Shown: one piece after another, positions 15,311-23,162 of the stretch
How the letters are laid out: every line of letters begins with the position of its first letter
How positions within the stretch are numbered: the first letter of the stretch is position 1
IMG/VR virus record: IMGVR_UViG_3300050821_011268
Span: 1-46,236 of that record
From: a virus
DNA: 46,236 nt
Reading direction: 5' to 3' (one strand)
Made by a program: the position numbers and the translations under genes
The notes under the pieces: generated by a model
Database searches by the model: none
Seen by the model: the letters and a program-made list of their open reading frames with translations, nothing else
Told to the model about the DNA's origin: nothing

Positions 15311-15664
15311 ATGGCCAAACGAACTAAACTAGAAAAGATTGACGGTCTCGGTCCGCGCGAGATTCGAGACATCCGCTCTTCGATTCGGCAGGTGTGGCAC
15401 CGCTCGCACGCCCGCGCTCTTTGTGTCAAGCGCTGCATTGGTGCGGATGGATTTAGTTATTGTGAAAAGTGCAAAAAACGCGCACCCAAAGTGTTTATTG
15501 ACCACATAGAGACAGTTGGTGACGTGGATGCCGGATTTATCAAAAGACTTTTTGTGCCGTCGAAAGGTTTACAAGGGCTTTGCAAAAAATGCCATGCCCT
15601 TAAGACCAAAATGGAACGTAAACGAAAGAAATTGACCCAAAAGAAGAAAGGTGAGTGGTATTAG
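15311..15664 (+). CDS. HNH endonuclease
   Basis: CEKCKK ... IDHIETVGD ... LQGLCKKCHALKT shows paired Cys plus His-Asn-His-type spacing. Basic C-terminal tail. Confidence 0.65.
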   Translation: MAKRTKLEKIDGLGPREIRDIRSSIRQVWHRSHARALCVKRCIGADGFSYCEKCKKRAPKVFIDHIETVGDVDAGFIKRLFVPSKGLQGLCKKCHALKTKMERKRKKLTQKKKGEWY

Positions 15665-15692
15665 TTTACTCTGGTATATACTCGTCTATATT
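15665..15692 (+). promoter_or_regulatory. Sigma-70-like promoter candidate
   Basis: TTTACT (15665-70), 16-nt spacer, TATATT (15687-92). RBS AGGGAGA and ATG 15715 lie downstream. Confidence 0.3.
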
Positions 15693-15714
15693 GTATTTAT
15701 AGGGAGACACGACA

Positions 15715-15915
15715 ATGAGAAAAGTGAAAACGGTAAAAGACATGGTCAGTGAAATTATTTCAGGGTTGGTTGAGCGCAGGACCGAAGCCATTGAGAAATG
15801 GAACAAGGCTGCGGAGTTCAACCTGGACACCATAAAGCAGCACCATGACGCTGTGGTTTCGTTAAATGACCAAATTGAGATGCTTCAGGCATTCCTAGAA
15901 AGGGTGTCCAAATGA
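15715..15915 (+). CDS. Hypothetical helical protein
   Basis: 66-aa ORF with a good RBS and an ATGA overlap downstream. Confidence 0.5.
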   Translation: MRKVKTVKDMVSEIISGLVERRTEAIEKWNKAAEFNLDTIKQHHDAVVSLNDQIEMLQAFLERVSK

Positions 15916-16187
15916 GACACACTCAAGGTCCTTGGCGTCATGATGCGCCTACTAGTTTTGTCGTAGACGGTCTAAATCGGATTATCGCGGATATCGGTGG
16001 CCGGTGCGACGAAATCGCTAAAGATGGAACAGCCAATGCCCGGCTCATAGCCATGGCTCCGGAATTGTTTGACGCTTTGGAACTCGCTCAACGTGCCCTA
16101 GAGAATGTCACGAATGAGAATTTTAAAACTCAAGCACTAGCGTTTATTTATAAAGTGTTGGCCAAAGCACAAGGGGATGTCGAATGA
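15912..16187 (+). CDS. Hypothetical protein, GPW...ANARLIA-APE family (paralogue A)
   Basis: QGPWRHD ... ANARLIAMAPELFDAL is shared with the next ORF. Confidence 0.55.
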   Translation: MRHTQGPWRHDAPTSFVVDGLNRIIADIGGRCDEIAKDGTANARLIAMAPELFDALELAQRALENVTNENFKTQALAFIYKVLAKAQGDVE

Positions 16188-16462
16188 GCCAATCAAATCC
16201 AGAGGATAAGGCCAGGTTTACTCCTGGCCCATGGCAGTACGACGGTTTGAATTATTTTTTCGATTCAAAAAATAACATGATCGCGGAAATTCGCGGGTGT
16301 GGATGGGATGCGCCGATAGATGCGAATGCCAGGCTCATCGCAGCGGCTCCAGAGATGCACCACCTACTCACATTGGTGATGTTGGCCATTCATGGAAAAC
16401 TTGATGTCGAAGATCTGGCTCCCAATATCCGTAAACTGTTTGTGAAAGTGGAGGGTGATTAA
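16184..16462 (+). CDS. Hypothetical protein, GPW...ANARLIA-APE family (paralogue B)
   Basis: PGPWQYD ... ANARLIAAAPEMHHLL. ATGA overlap with paralogue A. Confidence 0.55.
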   Translation: MSQSNPEDKARFTPGPWQYDGLNYFFDSKNNMIAEIRGCGWDAPIDANARLIAAAPEMHHLLTLVMLAIHGKLDVEDLAPNIRKLFVKVEGD

Positions 16463-16720
16463 ATGGGTCTCACTGCATGGATGTACGCACTTTATGTTCT
16501 TGGTTCCCATTATTCAGATGCGAGCAGAGACGCGGCAGCTACTGCTGCGGCATTTGAAGATCAGATGACCTATGCGGCATCAATGCCCGCTAAACCGTCT
16601 CCGTTAGACCAGTGTACGACCAGAGGTGCTTTAGTATGCGCGGACCCCGCCACTGTAGAGAAAAGATTTCCTGGCAAAGGCACAGGGGTTTATCTACTCG
16701 ACGATGGAGAGGTGTGGTAA
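16463..16720 (+). CDS. Hypothetical protein
   Basis: 85-aa ORF that starts directly after the upstream stop. Confidence 0.45.
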   Translation: MGLTAWMYALYVLGSHYSDASRDAAATAAAFEDQMTYAASMPAKPSPLDQCTTRGALVCADPATVEKRFPGKGTGVYLLDDGEVW

Positions 16721-16938
16721 TGGAGATAATAGAAATTGGAAAACAATTTTTCAGACTTCGCGTAGTTGGTCCAGCACCGAACGATTCAAAAGGGCGGCCG
16801 ATGTGGCACTGTCGATGCGAATGTGGAAATTTCAAAATGGTATTAAGTAGGAATTTGAGAAATCACTCAACTAAATCGTGTGGATGTCTACAACAAGAAG
16901 TATTTAGTATGCGTAAACGCTTGGCGGGATGGCATTAA
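16720..16938 (+). CDS. Small zinc-ribbon protein, CxC...CGC family (paralogue 2)
   Basis: FFRLRVV...GRPMWHCRCECGNFKMV...HSTKSCGC. The start at 16720 comes from the TAATG overlap, and the longer track ORF overlaps the upstream gene. Confidence 0.6.
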   Translation: MEIIEIGKQFFRLRVVGPAPNDSKGRPMWHCRCECGNFKMVLSRNLRNHSTKSCGCLQQEVFSMRKRLAGWH

Positions 16939-17195
16939 TGGCACAACCGATAAAATCACTGTTCGGTAAACAGTTCACAAGGCTCAGAGTTATTGCGCGT
17001 GAGGCGAATGTCGAGGGCCGTGTCCGGTGGCGCGTGAAATGTGAATGTGGCACGATTAAAGTGGTGGCGTCTCGCAATTTGCTTAATGGTACTACAAAGT
17101 CATGCGGATGTCTTAGGCTTCAACATTTGAGAGAGCGAAATGAAAAGAGAAATGAATACAGTTTCTTGGATGTGAAATTGGAGGACTTACCATGA
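16938..17195 (+). CDS. Small zinc-ribbon protein, CxC...CGC family (paralogue 3)
   Basis: FTRLRVI...GRVRWRVKCECGTIKVV...GTTKSCGC. TAATG overlap at 16936-16940. Confidence 0.6.
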   Translation: MAQPIKSLFGKQFTRLRVIAREANVEGRVRWRVKCECGTIKVVASRNLLNGTTKSCGCLRLQHLRERNEKRNEYSFLDVKLEDLP

Positions 17196-17347
17196 CACTT
17201 ATTTGGGCGGTAATAATTTTCCACGGGCTTTCGATCATAGCACTTTGCGTAGGGCTTTGGGTGCTCGGTGGTGCGGTCTCACAGCTTCAGAAATTGGAGC
17301 TAGAGCGGAAAGCGAAAGAAATTGAAGGGTTCATAAATGAAGTCTAA
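17192..17347 (+). CDS. 51-aa single-pass membrane protein, missed by the ORF track
   Basis: MTLIWAVIIFHGLSIIALCVGLWVLGGAVSQLQKLELERKAKEIEGFINEV. ATGA overlap with the upstream gene. Confidence 0.4.
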   Translation: MTLIWAVIIFHGLSIIALCVGLWVLGGAVSQLQKLELERKAKEIEGFINEV

Positions 17348-17513
17348 ACAGCTTTTATTGACGGTAAAAGTGACAGCGAAAGAGCTAGAAGAGATCAAGG
17401 CCAAAGCCCAGAAGTTCACGGCAGGCAACGTCTCCGCATGGGTAAAATATTCAGCCATTGAACTGGACCCAAAGCCCAAAGACATGCAAGTATCGAGAAT
17501 CATTAAGAAATAA
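17337..17513 (+). CDS. 58-aa ribbon-helix-helix-like protein, missed by the ORF track
   Basis: KQLLLTVKVTAKELEEIKAKAQKFTAGNVSAWVKYSAIE fits the RHH / MobC-like pattern (beta strand, then two helices). It lies immediately upstream of terS. Confidence 0.4.
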   Translation: MKSKQLLLTVKVTAKELEEIKAKAQKFTAGNVSAWVKYSAIELDPKPKDMQVSRIIKK

Positions 17514-17554
17514 AACTGGTAGATTTTGCCGGGTAAGTTTTATAGCTTTGAGCC

Positions 17555-18076
17555 ATGGCTCTCACTCCCAAGCAACAACGGTTCATCGCTGAATACCTCA
17601 TCGACAAAAATGCAACACGAGCCGCCAAGGCTGCCGGATACTCTAAAAAGACTTCCGCTAAGATAGGTTTTGAAAACCTCCAAAAACCAGAAATTAAGAG
17701 CGAAATTGATAAAGGTTTGGCTAAACAATTAGCCGCTACTCGCGCTCGTGGAGAACGAAAAGAACTCACGAGAGAGCGTTGGCTTGAAGAAGTGAGGCTT
17801 CTCGCTTTTTCCAATATGGACAATTTCGCCACCGTAAAAAATGGTAGCGTATTTGCCACTAATACTAAGAATCGGCCTAAACCAATGGGCCGCATGATCA
17901 AAAAATTGAGTGAGACTAAAAACGGAATTGGTTTAGAACTCCATTCAAAGCAAGCGGCGCTCGAACTTTTAGGCAAGCATTATGGTTGGGTGAAAGACAA
18001 ATTGGAGCACTCTGGTGTTGATGGGAAGTCGTTAGATCTCACAGTGACCTATGTCTCCCCTCCAGAGAAAAAATGA
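17555..18076 (+). CDS. terS: Terminase small subunit (Terminase_2 / P27-like)
   Basis: LTPKQQRFIAEYLIDKNATRAAKAAGYSKKTSAKIGFENLQKPEI is the classic N-terminal HTH of this family. 4-nt overlap with terL. Confidence 0.85.
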   Translation: MALTPKQQRFIAEYLIDKNATRAAKAAGYSKKTSAKIGFENLQKPEIKSEIDKGLAKQLAATRARGERKELTRERWLEEVRLLAFSNMDNFATVKNGSVFATNTKNRPKPMGRMIKKLSETKNGIGLELHSKQAALELLGKHYGWVKDKLEHSGVDGKSLDLTVTYVSPPEKK

Positions 18077-19335
18077 TAGAACTCCCAACATACGCACACG
18101 CATTAAACCAACCAAGGCGATACAAAGTGCTAAGTGGGGGACGTGGATCGGCGAAGTCCTACACTGTTGCTAGAGCACTGCTACTTCGTGGGATTGAGCA
18201 AAAAAGATTTATCCTGTGCGGGCGCGAATTCCAAAATTCCATTACCGAATCAGTCCATAGACTCTTATCAGAACAGATTGGCACTATGGGCCTTTCACAG
18301 TTCTACGGTGTCACGGCTCAATCAATCCTTGGCAGAAATGGTACTGAGTTCATTTTTAAAGGAATGCGAAACAATATCAATTCAATCAAATCCATTCCAG
18401 GGATCACGGATCTGTGGCTTGAAGAGGCGCAAGTGATCTCCAAGGCTTCGTGGGACATTCTCATACCCACCATTCGCGAAGATGGTTCAGAAATTTGGGT
18501 GACGTATAATCCCGAGAACGAAGACGATCCGACACACGTGATGTTTTTTGATGGCAATAACGAACCACTCAAGCGAGACGATGCGATCATAATCAAAGTG
18601 AATTGGGATCAGAACCCATGGTTTCCAAAAGTGCTCGAAGCTGAGAAGAATCATCTCTATCAAGTGAACCCAGATTTGGCCGACCATGTTTGGGGCGGCA
18701 ACATTCGTAAAAATTCGTCGTCACAAATCTTTCGGCACAAATGGGAAGTGCGGGAATTCGAGCCAGCCTTCACCAAAGGCGAGCTTCAAGAAGGCTGGTT
18801 CGGTCCATACCACGGTCTTGACTTTGGTTTCTCAACCGATCCGCTTGCAGTCGTTCAAATCTATTTAGACATGAACACCAGGGAGCTATTGTTTAGACGA
18901 GCCAAGTTTGGCTACGGGATTGAGATTGATTACATCGGCGATTTCATGCGGAACAATATTCCCAATATTCAGAATTTTAAAATTCGGGCTGATTGTTCCA
19001 GGCCTGAGACAATAAGCCACATCGCCAATAAGGGATGGAACATTGAAGGTGCTGAGAAGTGGCCGGGCTCAGTTGAAGACGGGATCGAATGGCTCCGCAC
19101 TTGGAATAAAATCGTGATTCATCCAGATTGTGAACACAGCGTCACGCGCGAGGGCATCACGACCACCTATGGAATGATCACTGAAGCCAAAAACTATTCA
19201 TACAAAGTGGACAGGCTCACGCAAGACGTATTGACTGACGTGGTCGATGCGTTCAACCATGGGTGGGATGCCGCACGCTATGCGTGCCAACCGATGATCA
19301 CTCAACAATCGAGCATCCTAGATTCGTACTCGTAA
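18073..19335 (+). CDS. terL: Terminase large subunit (PBSX / Terminase_3-like)
   Basis: P-loop LSGGRGSAKS, Walker B-like DLWLEEA and a C-terminal nuclease-like region. Position is terS-terL-portal. Confidence 0.9.
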   Translation: MIELPTYAHALNQPRRYKVLSGGRGSAKSYTVARALLLRGIEQKRFILCGREFQNSITESVHRLLSEQIGTMGLSQFYGVTAQSILGRNGTEFIFKGMRNNINSIKSIPGITDLWLEEAQVISKASWDILIPTIREDGSEIWVTYNPENEDDPTHVMFFDGNNEPLKRDDAIIIKVNWDQNPWFPKVLEAEKNHLYQVNPDLADHVWGGNIRKNSSSQIFRHKWEVREFEPAFTKGELQEGWFGPYHGLDFGFSTDPLAVVQIYLDMNTRELLFRRAKFGYGIEIDYIGDFMRNNIPNIQNFKIRADCSRPETISHIANKGWNIEGAEKWPGSVEDGIEWLRTWNKIVIHPDCEHSVTREGITTTYGMITEAKNYSYKVDRLTQDVLTDVVDAFNHGWDAARYACQPMITQQSSILDSYS

Positions 19336-19342
19336 GGGAGAT

Positions 19343-21568
19343 TTGAAAATGGCTAAGACAAGAAAGACAACCATTAAGACGCCGAAATTGCCTTCAGTCA
19401 CCGAGAGCATGCCGGGCTTTCAATTCAAGAACGATGGTGCGGTCGTCACACCACAAATCGAAACCGCTGTTTGGAATGGGCTCATGGAAGCGGTCTTGGG
19501 TCCGATGCCTTCGGGCATTCCCTTCGCGGGCCACAGTCAACCACTCAATCAAACGAATACGCTTTGGATAAATAATCGTTGGTATCTAGCATCCAACTTT
19601 CGACAACTCCTTTCAGAATCCTATGTCGAGCATGGCGTGATCCAAACCGTTGTCGATGTGCCGGTAGACGATGCTTTCCGTGGCGGAATCGAAGTGCATT
19701 CAAAAGAACTAGATCCGCGTGACATCGAACTTCTGTGCGGAGAGATGGAGGAGAAAGGTGATCTTATCGTTATTGGGCAGACCTGCAAATGGAATCGCCT
19801 ATTCGGTGGAGCTGGAACTGTTCTTAACGTGGACCAAGATCCAATGGAGCCGCTCAATCTCGATACGATCACACGATTTGAGATGTACGCGGCTGACATG
19901 TGGGAGCTATTCTGGAATAAACAGAATACAGAAGAGTATTCGATTGCCATTGATCTCGCTGCAAATATGGAGCGAATCGAATATTTTCAATTCTATGGTC
20001 ATAAGCTCCACAAATCTAAAGTCCTCAAGCAGAAAGGGATTGAGATTCCGTCGCTCATTCGCCCGAGGGTTCGTGGATGGGGAGTTAGCGTTGTCGAAGT
20101 ACTCATTAATTCCATCAACCAATATCTCAAAGCCAACAATTTAATCTTTGAAGTGCTCGATGAATTTAAAGTCGATTATTACAAGATCAAAGGCTTAGCG
20201 AATGCAGTCCTCACACCGGCAGGTACGGCCAACATTCGTAAGCATCTATCTGTCATGAACCAGCAAAAGAATTACAACAATGCGGCCGTGATGGATTCCG
20301 AAGACGATTGGATGCAACGTCAGCTTTCTTTCGCGGGGATTGCCGAAACCATGCAAGGTATCCGCATGCACATGGCTTGTGATGTTCGCATGCCGCTCTC
20401 TAAGATCTTTGGAATTTCTGCCACGGGCTTTGGCTCGGGCCAAGACGATATCGAGAATTACAATGCGATGGTCGAGAGCCAAGTCCGTCAGAAGGCTAAA
20501 TTTGAAATACTGAAAGTGGTCAAGATCCGTTGCCAACTTCTCTTCGGTCATGTGCCGGATGATTTACGTGTGGGCTTCAAATCACTTCGCATCCTTGGTG
20601 CCGAACAAGAAGAGAATGTGAAGACCCAGAAATTTAATCGCGTACTTCAAGCGCGAACGGCTGGTGAAGTGACAGCGCTTGAATTCAGAAACGCTATAAA
20701 CCGGGACATGCTACTTCCCATTCAGCTTGAGACAGATGAAGCAGCACTTTCAGCCGCAGCGGACGAGAAAGAATTGGCCGCATCGGAGAACGCCAAGATC
20801 TCCGGCAAAAGCGGGATCTCTCAAGATGCGATGTCGTCTACCACACCAAAGGTGGCCAAGAACTCAGCCGACGACGATCCGTATCCGAATTTTGTCGGTC
20901 CTAAAATCGTAACTGTGGGCATCGTATGCGGCGATGAAATGTTGGCTTGTCTTCGCCGCGACAATAACAAATGGAATAATCCAGGCGGCCATATGGACCA
21001 TGGTGAATCCGTGAGAGCTGCGGCTGTAAGAGAAGTGTTTGAAGAGACGGGCATTGGGATAGTACCGCACCGTTTGGAGCGATTGAAACCCATTCAGCTC
21101 AAAAGTCATCGCGGCGGAAAAGATTTTTGCATCTACCCATTCATTGCCCGCATAAAAACCAAAATATTCCCTACCACTTTCAATGATCCCGATTGCGAAT
21201 TCTCCCGGTTTGCTTGGGTAAAAATTGACCCGGCCACTGAAGAGCTTAAAGCGGACAATCGCCATGCGGCCAAAGACCAAGTGGTGGAGCATTTATTGAA
21301 GTCGCTTAAGAATTCATATGTTTCGGATAAGGGTTACGACAAGGACAATAATCAAATTGATCAAGATGCATTCTTCGCGCGCATCCGAGAAGAGGGGACC
21401 GGCGCTCAAGATCCCAAAGACCAAAGCAAGAATGCTGTTCAGAATCCGGGGAAGGTGGATGAAGCCAAATGGGAGCGGGCCAAGAAAAAGGTCAAAGAAG
21501 AATACGGCGAGATCAGATGGCCGGTCGTCACCTATGTCTATAAGAAAATGGGCGGAACATTTCAATGA
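19343..21568 (+). CDS. Portal protein (DUF1073-like) fused to a C-terminal Nudix hydrolase domain
   Basis: 741-aa ORF directly after terL. The N-terminal ~470 aa are portal-like. The Nudix box GGHMDHGESVRAAAVREVFEETGI lies at nt 20984-21055. Confidence 0.85.
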   Translation: MKMAKTRKTTIKTPKLPSVTESMPGFQFKNDGAVVTPQIETAVWNGLMEAVLGPMPSGIPFAGHSQPLNQTNTLWINNRWYLASNFRQLLSESYVEHGVIQTVVDVPVDDAFRGGIEVHSKELDPRDIELLCGEMEEKGDLIVIGQTCKWNRLFGGAGTVLNVDQDPMEPLNLDTITRFEMYAADMWELFWNKQNTEEYSIAIDLAANMERIEYFQFYGHKLHKSKVLKQKGIEIPSLIRPRVRGWGVSVVEVLINSINQYLKANNLIFEVLDEFKVDYYKIKGLANAVLTPAGTANIRKHLSVMNQQKNYNNAAVMDSEDDWMQRQLSFAGIAETMQGIRMHMACDVRMPLSKIFGISATGFGSGQDDIENYNAMVESQVRQKAKFEILKVVKIRCQLLFGHVPDDLRVGFKSLRILGAEQEENVKTQKFNRVLQARTAGEVTALEFRNAINRDMLLPIQLETDEAALSAAADEKELAASENAKISGKSGISQDAMSSTTPKVAKNSADDDPYPNFVGPKIVTVGIVCGDEMLACLRRDNNKWNNPGGHMDHGESVRAAAVREVFEETGIGIVPHRLERLKPIQLKSHRGGKDFCIYPFIARIKTKIFPTTFNDPDCEFSRFAWVKIDPATEELKADNRHAAKDQVVEHLLKSLKNSYVSDKGYDKDNNQIDQDAFFARIREEGTGAQDPKDQSKNAVQNPGKVDEAKWERAKKKVKEEYGEIRWPVVTYVYKKMGGTFQ

Positions 21569-21786
21569 AGCTCCAATTCTTGAATCCCAAATGGTACGAG
21601 AACAATTCAAGACTCGCCATGGACTGCCCGAGATGTGGGAACAAACATAAACTAATCTTAAGGTTCACGGGCACGCCTGCATTCACACTCATTCACAAAG
21701 ATCCACTCACCATCTCGCCATCGTTTAAAAGTGACGTTTGTGGAGTGCATTTTAAAATTCACGCTGACCAAATAACAGCAGTTTAA
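21565..21786 (+). CDS. Small zinc-ribbon protein, DUF6527-like
   Basis: CPRCGNKHKLIL ... LTISPSFKSDVCGVHFKI resembles the CxxC ... PSI ... C-x-H pattern I associate with DUF6527. ATGA overlap with the portal stop. Confidence 0.4.
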   Translation: MKLQFLNPKWYENNSRLAMDCPRCGNKHKLILRFTGTPAFTLIHKDPLTISPSFKSDVCGVHFKIHADQITAV

Positions 21787-21798
21787 AGGAGAAATGAA

Positions 21799-22167
21799 AT
21801 GGTAGCTTGGCAACCGGGTATGACTTTAGAGATGGCGGAAAAGGCTATCATCCTTCACGCATATGATGTGTGTTTTAAGAACCAAACGCACACCGCAACG
21901 ATGCTTGGGATCTCTGTCCGAAATCTCCACGATAAACTAAAGAAGTATGAGGAGGATGCCAGTGCAAACAAAGCGAGAGAAGAACAAAGAGCAAAACAAG
22001 TTGAAGAAGAATCTAGAAAGGCGCGCTTTGGCGCCAGTGGCAGGCCACAACTTCAATCCGATTCTGAATTCCCCAAGGAACTCCCATTGCCCGTGCGGAA
22101 GTCAGAAGAAGTTCAAAAAGTGTTGCCTGCCCAACGCTCCGCTAGTAATCAAAAAAGAATTGGTTGA
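21799..22167 (+). CDS. Fis-type (HTH_8) DNA-binding protein with a charged tail
   Basis: AEKAIILHAYDVCFKNQTHTATMLGISVRNLHDKLKKY. The last ~220 nt overlap the SEC-C ORF in another frame. Confidence 0.5.
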   Translation: MVAWQPGMTLEMAEKAIILHAYDVCFKNQTHTATMLGISVRNLHDKLKKYEEDASANKAREEQRAKQVEEESRKARFGASGRPQLQSDSEFPKELPLPVRKSEEVQKVLPAQRSASNQKRIG

Positions 22168-22321
22168 TCACATCGCCCGAGGCGGAAAGGTGAAATTCGT
22201 TGCAGACGAAGGAACTTCGAGCAGTCAAAGAAACGACGGAAGACCTAGACCGAGTGCAACGCTTGATAGAGAAAGCGTTTCGGGAACAGATATATGTTCC
22301 ACTACTTGCGGAACTCCGTGA
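21947..22321 (+). CDS. SEC-C-motif ORF overlapping both neighbours (status uncertain)
   Basis: PRNSHCPCGSQKKFKKCCLP is a textbook SEC-C metal-binding motif. An in-frame GTG at 21962 lies 6 nt after GGAGG. The 3' 122 nt overlap the MuF-like gene. Confidence 0.4.
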   Translation: MRRMPVQTKREKNKEQNKLKKNLERRALAPVAGHNFNPILNSPRNSHCPCGSQKKFKKCCLPNAPLVIKKELVDHIARGGKVKFVADEGTSSSQRNDGRPRPSATLDRESVSGTDICSTTCGTP

Positions 22322-23156
22322 ATCCGAAGCCATTTACAACTCCACTGACGAAATCGCAAAAGCTCTCATGCGCGGCCGGATCTCTTACCGCCTAGGAAAG
22401 TTCACCGGCCGATTCAATGCCACGATCTCTAAGGAACTCAAGAAAATTGGTGCTGTGTGGGACAAAAAGCAGCAAGCCTTTGTACTTCCGAAAGCCAAAG
22501 TGCCGCCACAAATCCGGTCTGCAATTGCTGCCGGACATACCAGATTCACTGACGCGGTTCAGAAAATCCAGGAACGAATATCGAAAATTTTGCCGGAAAA
22601 TGTTGCCGAAGCGTTTCAAGGAACCGACGTCTTCGATGAACTCCTCGGAAAACTGGACCGCAACATTTCAAAGACCTTAGAGGGCATCACCATTCAACCA
22701 AAATTGTCGGACAAAGAGCGCCGAAAAATCGCTGACGGATACACCGACAACATGAGGCTTTACATCAAAGACTGGACCGAGGAAGAAATCGTTAAGCTCC
22801 GGAAATCAGTGGAGAAGAAAACATTTCTCGGCCAACGCTATGAGGACCTGGCCAAGACCATCGAGCGCAGATATCAAGTCTCAAAAAGCAAAGCAAAATT
22901 TCTCGCGCGCCAAGAAACAAATTTGTTCATCTCCGAGTTCAAAGAGACCCGTTACAAGTCGGCAGGAAGTACCGAATACACTTGGTGTTGTGTGGTGGGT
23001 TCACAGAAGCATCCGGTCCGACCCATGCACAAAAAATTAAACGGGACTAGACAAAGTTGGGATCGTCCTCCAGTAGTTAATGAAGAAGGCCAAAGAAAAA
23101 ATCCGGGGCAAGATTATGGCTGCCGGTGCTTTGCGAGACCGATCATTAAATTCTGA
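22200..23156 (+). CDS. Head morphogenesis / minor capsid protein (Mu F / SPP1 gp7 family)
   Basis: FLARQETN ... YTWCCV ... VRPMHKKLNG ... PGQDYGCRC matches the Phage_Mu_F C-terminal pattern. TTG start lies 7 nt after AAGGTG. This frame opens only at 22194. Confidence 0.8.
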   Translation: MQTKELRAVKETTEDLDRVQRLIEKAFREQIYVPLLAELRESEAIYNSTDEIAKALMRGRISYRLGKFTGRFNATISKELKKIGAVWDKKQQAFVLPKAKVPPQIRSAIAAGHTRFTDAVQKIQERISKILPENVAEAFQGTDVFDELLGKLDRNISKTLEGITIQPKLSDKERRKIADGYTDNMRLYIKDWTEEEIVKLRKSVEKKTFLGQRYEDLAKTIERRYQVSKSKAKFLARQETNLFISEFKETRYKSAGSTEYTWCCVVGSQKHPVRPMHKKLNGTRQSWDRPPVVNEEGQRKNPGQDYGCRCFARPIIKF

Positions 23157-23162
23157 GGGCTG

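Noticed and set aside
17503-17976. 157-aa minus-strand ORF (and 17300..17503)
   Set aside because: It is antisense to terS and to the small RHH/TM genes. The plus-strand products have recognisable motifs and coupled starts.
20821-21292. Minus-strand ORFs 20821..21093 and 20864..21292
   Set aside because: They are antisense to the Nudix part of the portal ORF, where the plus frame contains a perfect Nudix box.
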